DNA from: an uncultured Acidobacteriota bacterium
GTDB taxonomy: Bacteria > Acidobacteriota > Vicinamibacteria > Fen-336
Length of the DNA stretch: 64,000 bases
Assembly (NCBI GenBank): GCA_963720545.1
Contig: OY970399.1
Span: 3,744,001-3,808,000 of the forward strand
Direction: 5' to 3'
Every line of letters starts with the position of its first letter. Position 1 is the first letter of the stretch. Below, in pieces: positions 31,506-40,568 of the stretch. Both the position numbers and the translations under genes were made by a program. The notes below the pieces were generated by a model. That model was not told the DNA's origin and ran no database searches. It saw only the letters and a program-made list of their open reading frames with translations.

Positions 31506-32482
31506 GAGCGGTACAACGCCTTCCTGACCGCGTCCACGACCTTCTCCGGCTGCGGCAGGTACGCCTTCTCGAGCATCTTCGAGTAGGGCATCGGCACGTC
31601 GGCCGCGGTGACGCGGATGACCGGCGCGTCGAGCGCGTCGAAGCAGTTGCGCTGCACGCGGTCGGAGATCTCGGCGCCAAAGCCCGCCACCGGCCAGCCT
31701 TCCTCCACCACGATGCAGCGATTGGTCTTGCGCACCGAGTTGAAGATCGGCTCGTCGTCGAGCGGCCGCAGCGTGCGCGGATCGACCACCTCCGCCTCGA
31801 TGCCTTCCTTGGCCAGTAGCTCCGCGGCGGCCAGCGAGGTCACCACCGAACGGCTCCACGCGACGATGGTGACGTCCTTGCCCGTGCGCTTCACCTCCGA
31901 GAGGCCGAGCGGGATGTGGTACTCCTCGTCGGGCACTTCGCCCTTGAGGTTGTAGAGCACCTCGTTCTCCATGAAGACCACCGGGTTGTCGTCGCGGATC
32001 GCGGCCTTCAGCAGGCCCTTCGCATCCTTCGGCGTCGACGGCATCACGACCACCAGCCCCGGGACGTGCGCGAACCACGACTCGAACGACTGCGAGTGCT
32101 GCGCCGCCACCTGGGCCGCGGCGCCGGAGGGGCCGCGCAGCACCATCGGGCAGCGCACCTGCCCGCCCGACATGTAGCGGTACTTGGCCGCGTGGTTCAC
32201 GATCATGTCGAGCGCCAGGATCGAGAAGTTGAAGGTCATCATCTCGGCGATCGGCCGCATGCCGACGAAGGCGGCGCCGACCGCGATGCCGGCAATCGCC
32301 TCCTCGGCGATCGGCGTGTCGCGCACGCGCCACTCGTCGAAGCTCGCGAGCAGGCCCGAGGTGACCTTGTAGGCGCCCTGGTAGGCGCCCACCTCCTCGC
32401 CCAGCAGGAACACGTTCGGGTCGCGCGACATCTCTTCGCGCATCGCCTGGTTGAGAGCCTCGCGCATTGTCAGGATCGCCAT
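31502..32482 (-). CDS. pdhB: pyruvate dehydrogenase E1 beta subunit
   Basis: GEEVGAYQGAYKVT, DTPIAE, EMMTFNF, AAQHSQ. Confidence 0.96.
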   Translation of the reverse strand: MAILTMREALNQAMREEMSRDPNVFLLGEEVGAYQGAYKVTSGLLASFDEWRVRDTPIAEEAIAGIAVGAAFVGMRPIAEMMTFNFSILALDMIVNHAAKYRYMSGGQVRCPMVLRGPSGAAAQVAAQHSQSFESWFAHVPGLVVVMPSTPKDAKGLLKAAIRDDNPVVFMENEVLYNLKGEVPDEEYHIPLGLSEVKRTGKDVTIVAWSRSVVTSLAAAELLAKEGIEAEVVDPRTLRPLDDEPIFNSVRKTNRCIVVEEGWPVAGFGAEISDRVQRNCFDALDAPVIRVTAADVPMPYSKMLEKAYLPQPEKVVDAVRKALYRS

Positions 32483-32486
32483 GGCG

Positions 32487-33578
32487 TCAGCTCCCCGCCT
32501 TCACCGCGGCCTCGGCGGGGACGGCCGCGGCCGTCGGTGCGAACTTCTCCGGCACGCGGTCGGTGCGTTCGGCGGCGCGCCACGCCGGATCGGCGTCGGC
32601 CGACTTGTGGTTGATGTAGGGCGAGTGCACGTAGACGTCCTCGTAGAGCGTTTCGTTCGACGGCCATGGGCTCGCTTCGGCGAACTTCACGGACTCGTCC
32701 ACCAGGGCGATCACTTCCTTGTCGAGCGCGTCGAGCTCGGCCTGGCTGACGCGCTCCTGTTCGGTCAGGCGGCGGCCGAACTGGAAGATCGGGTCCACCT
32801 GCATCATCTGCTCGACTTCTTCCTTGGTGCGGTACTTGCCCGGGTCCGACATCGAGTGGCCGCGGTAGCGGTAGGTCTCGGCTTCGATGAGCGTCGGACG
32901 CTTCTCGGTGCGGGCGCGGTCGATCGCCTCGCCCAGCACTTCGCGCACGGCCAGCAGGTCCATGCCGTTGACCTCGCGGCGCGGCATTCCGTAGGCGGAG
33001 GCGCGCTGGTAGAGGTCCTTCACCGACGAGGCGCGGTCGAGCGAGGTGCCCATGCCGTAGCGGTTGTTCTCGATGATGTAGACGACCGGCAGGTCCCACA
33101 GCGCGCTCACGTTGAGCGCCTCGTGGAACGCCCCCTCGTTGACGGCGCCGTCGCCGAAGAAACACAGGCACACCTGGTCGGTCTTGCGCAGCCGGATCGC
33201 GTAGCCCATGCCGGCCGCGATCGGCAGGTGGCCGCCGACGATGCCGTCGCCGCCGTAGTTGCCGAGCGGCACGTCGTAGAAGTGCATGCTGCCGCCCTTG
33301 CCGCGGCTGATGCCGCCGATGCGGCCCCACAACTCGGCCATCAGCGGCCGCGGATCGGTGCCGCGGGCCAGCGCATAGCCGTGGTCGCGGTAGGAGGTGA
33401 CGAAGTAGTCGTCCTTGCGCAAAAGGCTCATGGCGCCGACGCCGACCGCCTCCTGGCCGATATAAAGATGAAGGAAGCCGCCGATCTTGCCTTCGACGTA
33501 GACCTGGGCGCAGCGTTCTTCGAAGCGCCGGATCAGCAGCATCGAGCGGTAGAGGGAGAGGGCGTCGTCGCGGTTCAT
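32487..33578 (-). CDS. pdhA: pyruvate dehydrogenase E1 alpha subunit
   Basis: GFLHLYIGQEA, YRDHG, GKGGSMH, FGDGA..N, YRYRGHSMSDP. Confidence 0.96.
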   Translation of the reverse strand: MNRDDALSLYRSMLLIRRFEERCAQVYVEGKIGGFLHLYIGQEAVGVGAMSLLRKDDYFVTSYRDHGYALARGTDPRPLMAELWGRIGGISRGKGGSMHFYDVPLGNYGGDGIVGGHLPIAAGMGYAIRLRKTDQVCLCFFGDGAVNEGAFHEALNVSALWDLPVVYIIENNRYGMGTSLDRASSVKDLYQRASAYGMPRREVNGMDLLAVREVLGEAIDRARTEKRPTLIEAETYRYRGHSMSDPGKYRTKEEVEQMMQVDPIFQFGRRLTEQERVSQAELDALDKEVIALVDESVKFAEASPWPSNETLYEDVYVHSPYINHKSADADPAWRAAERTDRVPEKFAPTAAAVPAEAAVKAGS

Positions 33579-33627
33579 GTCTTTGAGGGCCAGTCTCCCT
33601 TAGGGGTCACGCCGAGGTCAACGAACC

Positions 33628-34473
33628 TCAGCCATCGAGAAGGGTGGCGGCGTGCATCAGCGCGTAGACAGCGCCGACGCACAGGGCGAGGCCGCAGGCC
33701 AGCAGGGCCGCGCCGAGGCCGAGCGCCCACCTGCGGTCGGACGCCTCGCTGGCCGCAAAGTCGGGGCCCGGCACATACTCGCCGCGCAGCATGCGCGCCG
33801 TGTCGGCGCGCATCGCGAACGCGAAACCCAGCAGGGCAGCGAGCGACAGCGGACAGAAGAACACTCCGAGCACGGAGCTCGCGCATTGCGCCGGCCGCGC
33901 CCAGCTGGCGCCACGCAGCCAGCCGAAGCCCAGGACGAGCGCCCAGATCGCGAACGCGAGCCCGGCGAACAACAAGCCGTAGCGTGTCTGCGGCACCGGC
34001 GCCAGCAGCGCCGCTGCGGCGCCGAGGCCGGCGAAGACCGCGGCGAAGGCAAGCCAGCCCAGCCCGAGGACGCGCGCCGCGAGCCGCGGCGCTTCGCGCA
34101 GCGCGACGCGCTGGTCGGTGTCGGAGGTTGACGGCTCGTAGTCGGCGGGCGGCGGCACCGCAGCGTCGCCGGCGATCGTCAGCGGCGTGTCGCCCGGCAA
34201 CAGCTTCAGCGCGATATCGCCGAGCCGCAGGACGTCGCCGACCACGAGCTGCTTGCGCTCGGTGCGGCGGCCGTTGACGTAGGTGCCGTTGGCGCTGCCG
34301 GCGTCGCGCACGAACACGCCCTGGCTGGTCGTCTCGAGCACCGCGTGGCGCCGCGAACACTGCGTGTCGTAAAGAACCAGGTCGCTCGCCGGGTCGCGGC
34401 CGAGGGTGTTGACGTCGTTCGTCAGCTCGATGACGTGATGGACGCCGTCCGGATAGGTCACCTGGAGTTTCAA
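33628..34473 (-). CDS. FHA-domain protein with C-terminal TM helices (TTG start inferred)
   Basis: LGRD..SRRHA..SANGTYVNG FHA signature; about four hydrophobic helices. Confidence 0.82.
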   Translation of the reverse strand: MKLQVTYPDGVHHVIELTNDVNTLGRDPASDLVLYDTQCSRRHAVLETTSQGVFVRDAGSANGTYVNGRRTERKQLVVGDVLRLGDIALKLLPGDTPLTIAGDAAVPPPADYEPSTSDTDQRVALREAPRLAARVLGLGWLAFAAVFAGLGAAAALLAPVPQTRYGLLFAGLAFAIWALVLGFGWLRGASWARPAQCASSVLGVFFCPLSLAALLGFAFAMRADTARMLRGEYVPGPDFAASEASDRRWALGLGAALLACGLALCVGAVYALMHAATLLDG

Positions 34474-34538
34474 GCGGCGAAATTGTAGCAAGAGCGTCCT
34501 CGACTTGGCCGCTGGCGCAGGATTAAGATCCGCCACGC

Positions 34539-37500
34539 ATGATCACCCAGGATCCCGAGAAGCGCGCCGCCCGGCTGGTTGAGGTCGAAGCCGTGCTGAA
34601 GGCCGCGCCGCCCGCCGACCGCGAGTTGCTGCTGGCCTTCGCCCCGGTGATGCACGCCGCCACCCCCGACCGCATCGTCTTCGGCCTGAGCGCCGACGCC
34701 ATGGCCGCGCGCATCACCGACCAGTTCCGCTTCGTGGTGCGCGAGATGCCGTCGTCGCACCAGCTCTACAAGGGCCTGCCCGGACTGCACGTGGTGGTGC
34801 GCAACCCCGACGAGGGCGAGTGGGTGCGCAAGGGGCCTGCGAACGGAATTCCGCACGAGATCACGGTGGTGCAGACACACACGCCGGACGTGCCGTTCAT
34901 CTACGAGAGCCTCAAGAACTACTTCCGCAAAGCCGGCATCCGCGTGTTCACCGCGGCGCACCCGATCTTCACCGTCCGCCGCCAGTGGGAAAAGATCGTC
35001 GGCATCGGCGACGTCCACGACGAGGGCTCGAAGGAGGTTTACACCTACTTCCAGATCGAACGCATCGACTCGAAGGAACGGCTCCATCACATGGAGCACG
35101 AGATCTATTCGGTGCTGAAGACGGTGTTCACCGCGGTCGAGGACTTCAGCGACATGCAGCAGCAGGTGCGCGACCTGTCGCTGCGCCTGCGGCCGCGCAA
35201 GGCCGGCGGCAACGACGCCGCTCCCGCGAAGGCGTTCCTCGAGTGGATCCTGGCCGACAACTACGTCTTCTCCGGCACCGTCAAGTATCGCGTCGGCGCC
35301 GACGGCCTTCCCGACCGCGTCCACGAGACCGCCAACGGCGTCTTCACCGACCCGAACCTGCTGCCGGTCGTGTTCCCGGGGCTCATCGAGGAGATCGAGT
35401 CGAAGATCGTGCCGCGCGACGCCGACGAGCGGGTGCTCGACATCGACTATGCGAACAACGCCTCGGCCGTCCACCAACTCGATCCAGTCGACGACATCGT
35501 GGTGCGCCAGTGGGGCGAGGACGGCAAGCTGCAGGAGGCGACCGTCATCCTCGGGCGCTTCGCCAAGTCGGCGTTCTCGTTCCGCGCCGAGGAGATCCCG
35601 TTGCTGCGCGAAAAGCGCAACTGGATCCTCGAGAACAGCGGCGCCATGCCGAAGTCGCACGATTACCGCGAGTTCCGCGCGCTGTTCAACAAGATCCCGA
35701 CCCGCGAGCTGTTCTACGCCGACCCGGCTTCGCTGAAGACGCTGCTGGAGCGCATGGTGTTCCTCACCGGCGACGACGAGATCGCCGTGTTCCACCGCCG
35801 CGGCGCCGGCTACGACACCTTGTATCTGGCGATCTCGCGGCTGCGCTACTCCGTGAGCCTCGAGGACCAGATCCGCCGCGCCTTCGAGGACGAGTTCGGC
35901 CCCAGCTCCTACACCGCGGCCGCCGACTGCGGCGCCATCTACCTGCTGCTCTTCTACTTCGACTCGGTGCGGCTCGAGCATCCGGTGGACGAGGACCGTG
36001 CGCGCGCCGTGGCGACGCCGCTGGTCACCACCTGGGAAGACCGCACGCTTGCGGCACTCGTCCACACCTTCGGCGAGCGCGACGGCCTGAAGCTGTTCCG
36101 CCGCTACATCACGCCCGACAGCCGCAGTGGCATGTACCGCGAGGCGACCGCACCCGAGGAAGTGCCCGAAGACGTGCAGCGCCTCGACAGCCTCGAGGGG
36201 CAGATCGAGATCGCGATCGTGCCGCGCACCGCGGACTCCGCAACCCTGAAGCTCTACTCGGTGAAGCCGCTGGCGCTCACCGAGAGCCTGCGCACGCTGC
36301 AGAACCTCGGCGTCACAGTCACCGAGGAGCTGCGCGTGCCGCTGGTCCTGCCCGACGGCCGGCGCAGCTTCCTGTACCGCTTCGAGCTGGAGGCGCCGCC
36401 GGCGCGCATCGCCGCGGTCAGCGACGGCGCGCGCGCCGGCCGCTTCATCGACGCCGTGCGCGCCCTCGACGAGGCCCGCGCCACCGACGATGCGGTGAAC
36501 GCGCTGGTGCTCGACGCCAACCTCGACTGGCGCGAGGTGGAAGTGCTGCGCACGCTGCGCAACCACCTGCTGCAGGTGCGCCCGCACTACAACTCGGAGA
36601 CGGTCAACGGCGTGCTGCAGCGCAACGCCGCCGTGGCCGGCGCGCTGCTGCGCTCGTTCGCGGCGCGCTTCGACCCGAACCTCGAAGGCGACCGCGACGC
36701 GCAGATCGCCGCGGCCGGCGAAGCGGTCACCGCCGCCCTCGACTCGGTGAAGAGCCTGGCCGAGGACGAGGTGTTGCGCGGCCTCGACAACCTGGTGCGC
36801 GCCAGCCTGCGCACCAACTTCTACCAGCGCCCGGAGCGTCCGGTGATCGCGATCAAGGTGGAGAGCGGCAAGGTCGAGGGCATGCCGTCGCCGCGACCGC
36901 TCTACGAGATCTACGTGCACTCGCGCTGGCTGGAAGGCATCCACCTGCGCGGCGGCAAGGTGGCGCGCGGCGGCATCCGCTGGAGCGACCGCCACGACGA
37001 CTTCCGCACCGAGATCCTCGGCCTGATGAAGACGCAGATGGTGAAGAACGTCATCATCGTGCCGGTCGGCTCGAAGGGCGGCTTCGTGCTGAAGGGCAAC
37101 GTGCCGCCGCGGCCGGCGCTCGACCAGTACCTCATCGACCGCTACCGCGAGTTCGTCTCGGGCCTGCTCGACGTCACCGACAACATCGTCGACGGCGCGA
37201 TCCTGCATCCGCCCGAAGTGATCCGCCGCGACGGCGACGACCCGTACCTGGTGGTCGCGGCCGACAAGGGCACTGCGCACCTCTCCGACACCGCCAACAG
37301 CGTCTCGGCGCAGTACGGCTTCTGGCTCGGCGACGCGTTCGCCTCCGGCGGCAGCGTCGGCTACGACCACAAGAAGGAAGGCATCACCGCGCGCGGCGCC
37401 TGGGAATGCGTCAAGCACCACTTCGAGGTGCTGGGCAGCGACATCCAGAAAGAGCCGTTCACCTGCGTCGGCATCGGCGACATGGGCGGCGACGTGTTCG

Positions 37501-38795
37501 GCAACGGCATGCTGCTTAGCCCGGTGACGAAGCTCCAGGCCGCCTTCAACCACGCGCACATCTTCATCGACCCCGATCCGCCGGTGGCGGCATCTCTCAA
37601 GGAACGCCAGCGGCTCTTCAACCTGCCGCGCTCGTCGTGGCGCGACTACGACGCGGCGCTCATCAGCAAGGGCGGCGGCATCTTCGACCGCTCCGCGAAA
37701 GCGATCGCGGTTTCGCCCGAGATGCGCAAGCTCCTCGACATCGAAGCGAAGAGCGCCTCGGGCGAGGAAGTGATCCGCCACATCCTGCGGGCCAGAGTCG
37801 ACCTCCTTTATAACGGCGGCATCGGCACCTACGTGAAGGCGGCGGCCGAGGAGGATGCCGACGTCGGCGACCGCGCCAACGACAGGGTGCGCGTCGACGC
37901 CAGCGAGGTGCGGGCGCGGGTGGTCGGCGAGGGCGGCAACCTCGGCCTGACGCAGCGCGCGCGCCTCGAGTTCTGGCAGCGGCAGGGCGCCATCAACACC
38001 GATGCGGTCGACAATTCGGGCGGCGTCGACATGTCGGACCACGAGGTCAACATCAAGATCCTGATGAACCTGCTGGTGCGCAAGGGTGCCGTCAAGAGCA
38101 AGGCCGAGCGCAACGAGATCCTGAAGGCGATGACCGACGAGGTCTCGGAGCTGTGCCTCGCCGACAACTTCAACCAGGCCTGGGCGCTCACCCTCGACTC
38201 CGCCCGCTCGGCCGCCCGCTACGAGGAGTTCGCGACGCTCATCGACGACCTGGTGGCCGCCGGTGGCCTGCGGCGCGAAGACGACGCGGTGCCGGCACGC
38301 GCCGAGCTGCTCGCGGCCGATCGCACGCGCGGCCTGCCGCGGCCACTGCTGTGCGTGCTGCTCGGCCACACCAAGATGTGGGCGTTCGACGAGCTGTTGA
38401 AGAGCGATTTCCCCGACGGCCCGCTCGGCAAGCCGCTGCTGGCCGCTTACTTTCCAAAGCGCCTGCGCGACAGTTTCGCCGAACATTTCGAGGGGCACGC
38501 GCTGAAGCGCGAGATCATCGCGACCGGCGCCGTCAACTACGTCGTCAACAACGCCGGCATGACCTTCTTCGGGCGGGCGATGGCCGCGTCCGGCAGGGGC
38601 ATTGGTGCGGTCGCCGCGGCGTATCTCGAGGCGGACAGCGCCGCCAAGGCGGGCGCGGCGCGCGACGTGGTGCGCGGTTCGGCCAAGGCGGCGGCGGCCA
38701 AGCAGGCGGCGCTCCTCGAGATCGACGCCGCGCTCGAAGGCACGGCACTCGGTATCCTCAAGGGTGCCAGGGGCGGCAAGGGCAGCAAGTCTTAG
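34539..38795 (+). CDS. large NAD-specific glutamate dehydrogenase
   Basis: ARGGIRWSDR, KNVIIVPVGSKGGF, YLVVAADKGTA, GDAFASGG, GITARGAW, DNSGGVDMSDHEVNIKI. Confidence 0.95.
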   Translation: MITQDPEKRAARLVEVEAVLKAAPPADRELLLAFAPVMHAATPDRIVFGLSADAMAARITDQFRFVVREMPSSHQLYKGLPGLHVVVRNPDEGEWVRKGPANGIPHEITVVQTHTPDVPFIYESLKNYFRKAGIRVFTAAHPIFTVRRQWEKIVGIGDVHDEGSKEVYTYFQIERIDSKERLHHMEHEIYSVLKTVFTAVEDFSDMQQQVRDLSLRLRPRKAGGNDAAPAKAFLEWILADNYVFSGTVKYRVGADGLPDRVHETANGVFTDPNLLPVVFPGLIEEIESKIVPRDADERVLDIDYANNASAVHQLDPVDDIVVRQWGEDGKLQEATVILGRFAKSAFSFRAEEIPLLREKRNWILENSGAMPKSHDYREFRALFNKIPTRELFYADPASLKTLLERMVFLTGDDEIAVFHRRGAGYDTLYLAISRLRYSVSLEDQIRRAFEDEFGPSSYTAAADCGAIYLLLFYFDSVRLEHPVDEDRARAVATPLVTTWEDRTLAALVHTFGERDGLKLFRRYITPDSRSGMYREATAPEEVPEDVQRLDSLEGQIEIAIVPRTADSATLKLYSVKPLALTESLRTLQNLGVTVTEELRVPLVLPDGRRSFLYRFELEAPPARIAAVSDGARAGRFIDAVRALDEARATDDAVNALVLDANLDWREVEVLRTLRNHLLQVRPHYNSETVNGVLQRNAAVAGALLRSFAARFDPNLEGDRDAQIAAAGEAVTAALDSVKSLAEDEVLRGLDNLVRASLRTNFYQRPERPVIAIKVESGKVEGMPSPRPLYEIYVHSRWLEGIHLRGGKVARGGIRWSDRHDDFRTEILGLMKTQMVKNVIIVPVGSKGGFVLKGNVPPRPALDQYLIDRYREFVSGLLDVTDNIVDGAILHPPEVIRRDGDDPYLVVAADKGTAHLSDTANSVSAQYGFWLGDAFASGGSVGYDHKKEGITARGAWECVKHHFEVLGSDIQKEPFTCVGIGDMGGDVFGNGMLLSPVTKLQAAFNHAHIFIDPDPPVAASLKERQRLFNLPRSSWRDYDAALISKGGGIFDRSAKAIAVSPEMRKLLDIEAKSASGEEVIRHILRARVDLLYNGGIGTYVKAAAEEDADVGDRANDRVRVDASEVRARVVGEGGNLGLTQRARLEFWQRQGAINTDAVDNSGGVDMSDHEVNIKILMNLLVRKGAVKSKAERNEILKAMTDEVSELCLADNFNQAWALTLDSARSAARYEEFATLIDDLVAAGGLRREDDAVPARAELLAADRTRGLPRPLLCVLLGHTKMWAFDELLKSDFPDGPLGKPLLAAYFPKRLRDSFAEHFEGHALKREIIATGAVNYVVNNAGMTFFGRAMAASGRGIGAVAAAYLEADSAAKAGAARDVVRGSAKAAAAKQAALLEIDAALEGTALGILKGARGGKGSKS

Positions 38796-38816
38796 CCACC
38801 GCAGGCAGGAGGGCTC

Positions 38817-40568
38817 TTGTTCACTTACGTGTTCCTGGCGGCGCTCGGCGCCGCTGCGCAACCGGCGCCTGCGCCGCCGGCAGAGTCGGCGCCGCTCGCG
38901 GCACTGCTCGCCGAGGAGTGGGAGGCGCGGCTCAAGGACTATCCGCGCGCGGCCAGCGCCGCCGGCGACCATCGCTACGACGACCGGCTTCAGTCGATAA
39001 CGCCTGCCGACCTCGAACGCCGCGCGGCCGCCGACCGCAGTCTCGCGGCGCGCCTCGAAAAGCTCGACGAGAACGGCCTGTCGGTGACCGACGCGATCAG
39101 CCGCCGTATGTTGCTGCGCGAGGTGCGCCACCGCGTCGCCGACTACGACTTCGGCGTGCAGCGCATGCCGATCAACGCCGACTGGGGATTTCACCTCGAC
39201 ATCGCCCAGTTGCCGCGCGAGACGCAGTTCGTCACCACCAAGGACTACGAGAACTACATCGCCCGGCTGAAGGCGATCCCCGCGTTCTTCGACCAGGAGA
39301 TCGCGTGGATGAAGGAGGGCGTGCGCACCGGGTTCACGGTGCCGGCGGTGGTCCTCGAGGGCTACGAGACGGGCATCACCGGCCAGGTGAGCGACGACCC
39401 GGAGAAGTCCGCGATGTTCGCGCCGTTTGGCGAGTTTCCGGCTGGCGTGCCCGCGGCCGAACACGCGCGGCTGCGCGCGGCCGGGCGCGCCGCGGTCGCC
39501 GACGCGGTCATCCCTGCTTATCGCAGGTTCCTGAAGTTCTTCGTCGACGAGTACCGGCCCGGTGCGCGCAAGACGATTGGCGCATCGGAGATGCCGGACG
39601 GGCGCAAGTTCTACGCGGCGCAGGTGAAATGGTTCACCACGCTCGACATCACTCCCGACGAAGTGCACGCGATCGGCCTCAAGGAAGTGGCGCGCATCCA
39701 CGCGGAAATGGAGGCGGTCAAGGAGAAGGCGGGCTTCAAGGGCGACCTGGCGGCGTTCATCGAGTTCCTGCGCACCGACCCGCGGTTCTACGCGAAGACA
39801 CCGGGCGAGCTGCTGCGCGAGGCGTGCTTCATCGCGAAGAAGATCGACGGCCGGCTGCCGAGCCTGTTCGGCAAGCTGCCGCGCCTGCCGTACAGCGTCG
39901 AACCGGTCCCTGACGCGATCGCGCCGAAGTTCACCGGCGGCCGCTACGTGGACGCGCCGATTGGCGGCCAGCATGGCGGCATCTACTGGGTGAATACTTA
40001 CTCGCTGCCGAGCCGGCCGCTCTACGTGCTGCCGTCGTTGACGCTGCACGAGGCGGTGCCGGGCCATCACCTGCAGGGGGCGCTCAGCCAGGAGCTCACC
40101 GGCGTCCCGCCGTTCCGCCGCGTGGCCTACGTCGACGCCTTCGGCGAGGGCTGGGGGCTCTATTCGGAGCGGCTCGGCCTGGAGATGGGCATCTACGAAG
40201 ATCCGTACAGCGATTTCGGCCGGCTCACCTACGAGATGTGGCGTGCGTGCCGGCTGGTGGTGGACACCGGGATCCACTGGAAGGGCTGGACTCGCGAACA
40301 GGCGCTCGAGTACCTCGGCTCGAACACCGCGCTGTCCCGCCATGAGGTGCGCACCGAGATCGACCGCTACATCTCCTGGCCGGCGCAGGCGCTCGCCTAC
40401 AAGATGGGCGAGCTGAAGATCCGCGAGCTCCGCGCGCGCGCCGAGCAGGCGCTGGGCACCCGCTTCGACGTGCGCCGGTTCCACGATGCGGTGCTCGCGA
40501 ACGGCACGCTGCCGCTCGACGTCCTCGAGCAGCGTATCGACGCGTTCATCGCAGCCGAACGGCCGTGA
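38817..40568 (+). CDS. DUF885 family exported protein (putative metallopeptidase)
   Basis: Signal peptide, LHEAVPGHHLQ, FGEGWGLYSE, RACRLVVDTGIH, EIDRY..PAQALAYKMG. Confidence 0.92.
   Translation: MFTYVFLAALGAAAQPAPAPPAESAPLAALLAEEWEARLKDYPRAASAAGDHRYDDRLQSITPADLERRAAADRSLAARLEKLDENGLSVTDAISRRMLLREVRHRVADYDFGVQRMPINADWGFHLDIAQLPRETQFVTTKDYENYIARLKAIPAFFDQEIAWMKEGVRTGFTVPAVVLEGYETGITGQVSDDPEKSAMFAPFGEFPAGVPAAEHARLRAAGRAAVADAVIPAYRRFLKFFVDEYRPGARKTIGASEMPDGRKFYAAQVKWFTTLDITPDEVHAIGLKEVARIHAEMEAVKEKAGFKGDLAAFIEFLRTDPRFYAKTPGELLREACFIAKKIDGRLPSLFGKLPRLPYSVEPVPDAIAPKFTGGRYVDAPIGGQHGGIYWVNTYSLPSRPLYVLPSLTLHEAVPGHHLQGALSQELTGVPPFRRVAYVDAFGEGWGLYSERLGLEMGIYEDPYSDFGRLTYEMWRACRLVVDTGIHWKGWTREQALEYLGSNTALSRHEVRTEIDRYISWPAQALAYKMGELKIRELRARAEQALGTRFDVRRFHDAVLANGTLPLDVLEQRIDAFIAAERP

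Noticed and set aside
34470..40484. 2004-aa minus-strand ORF
   Set aside because: Antisense shadow of gdh and DUF885. High GC3 codon bias removes stops on the opposite strand, and no protein motifs are recognisable.
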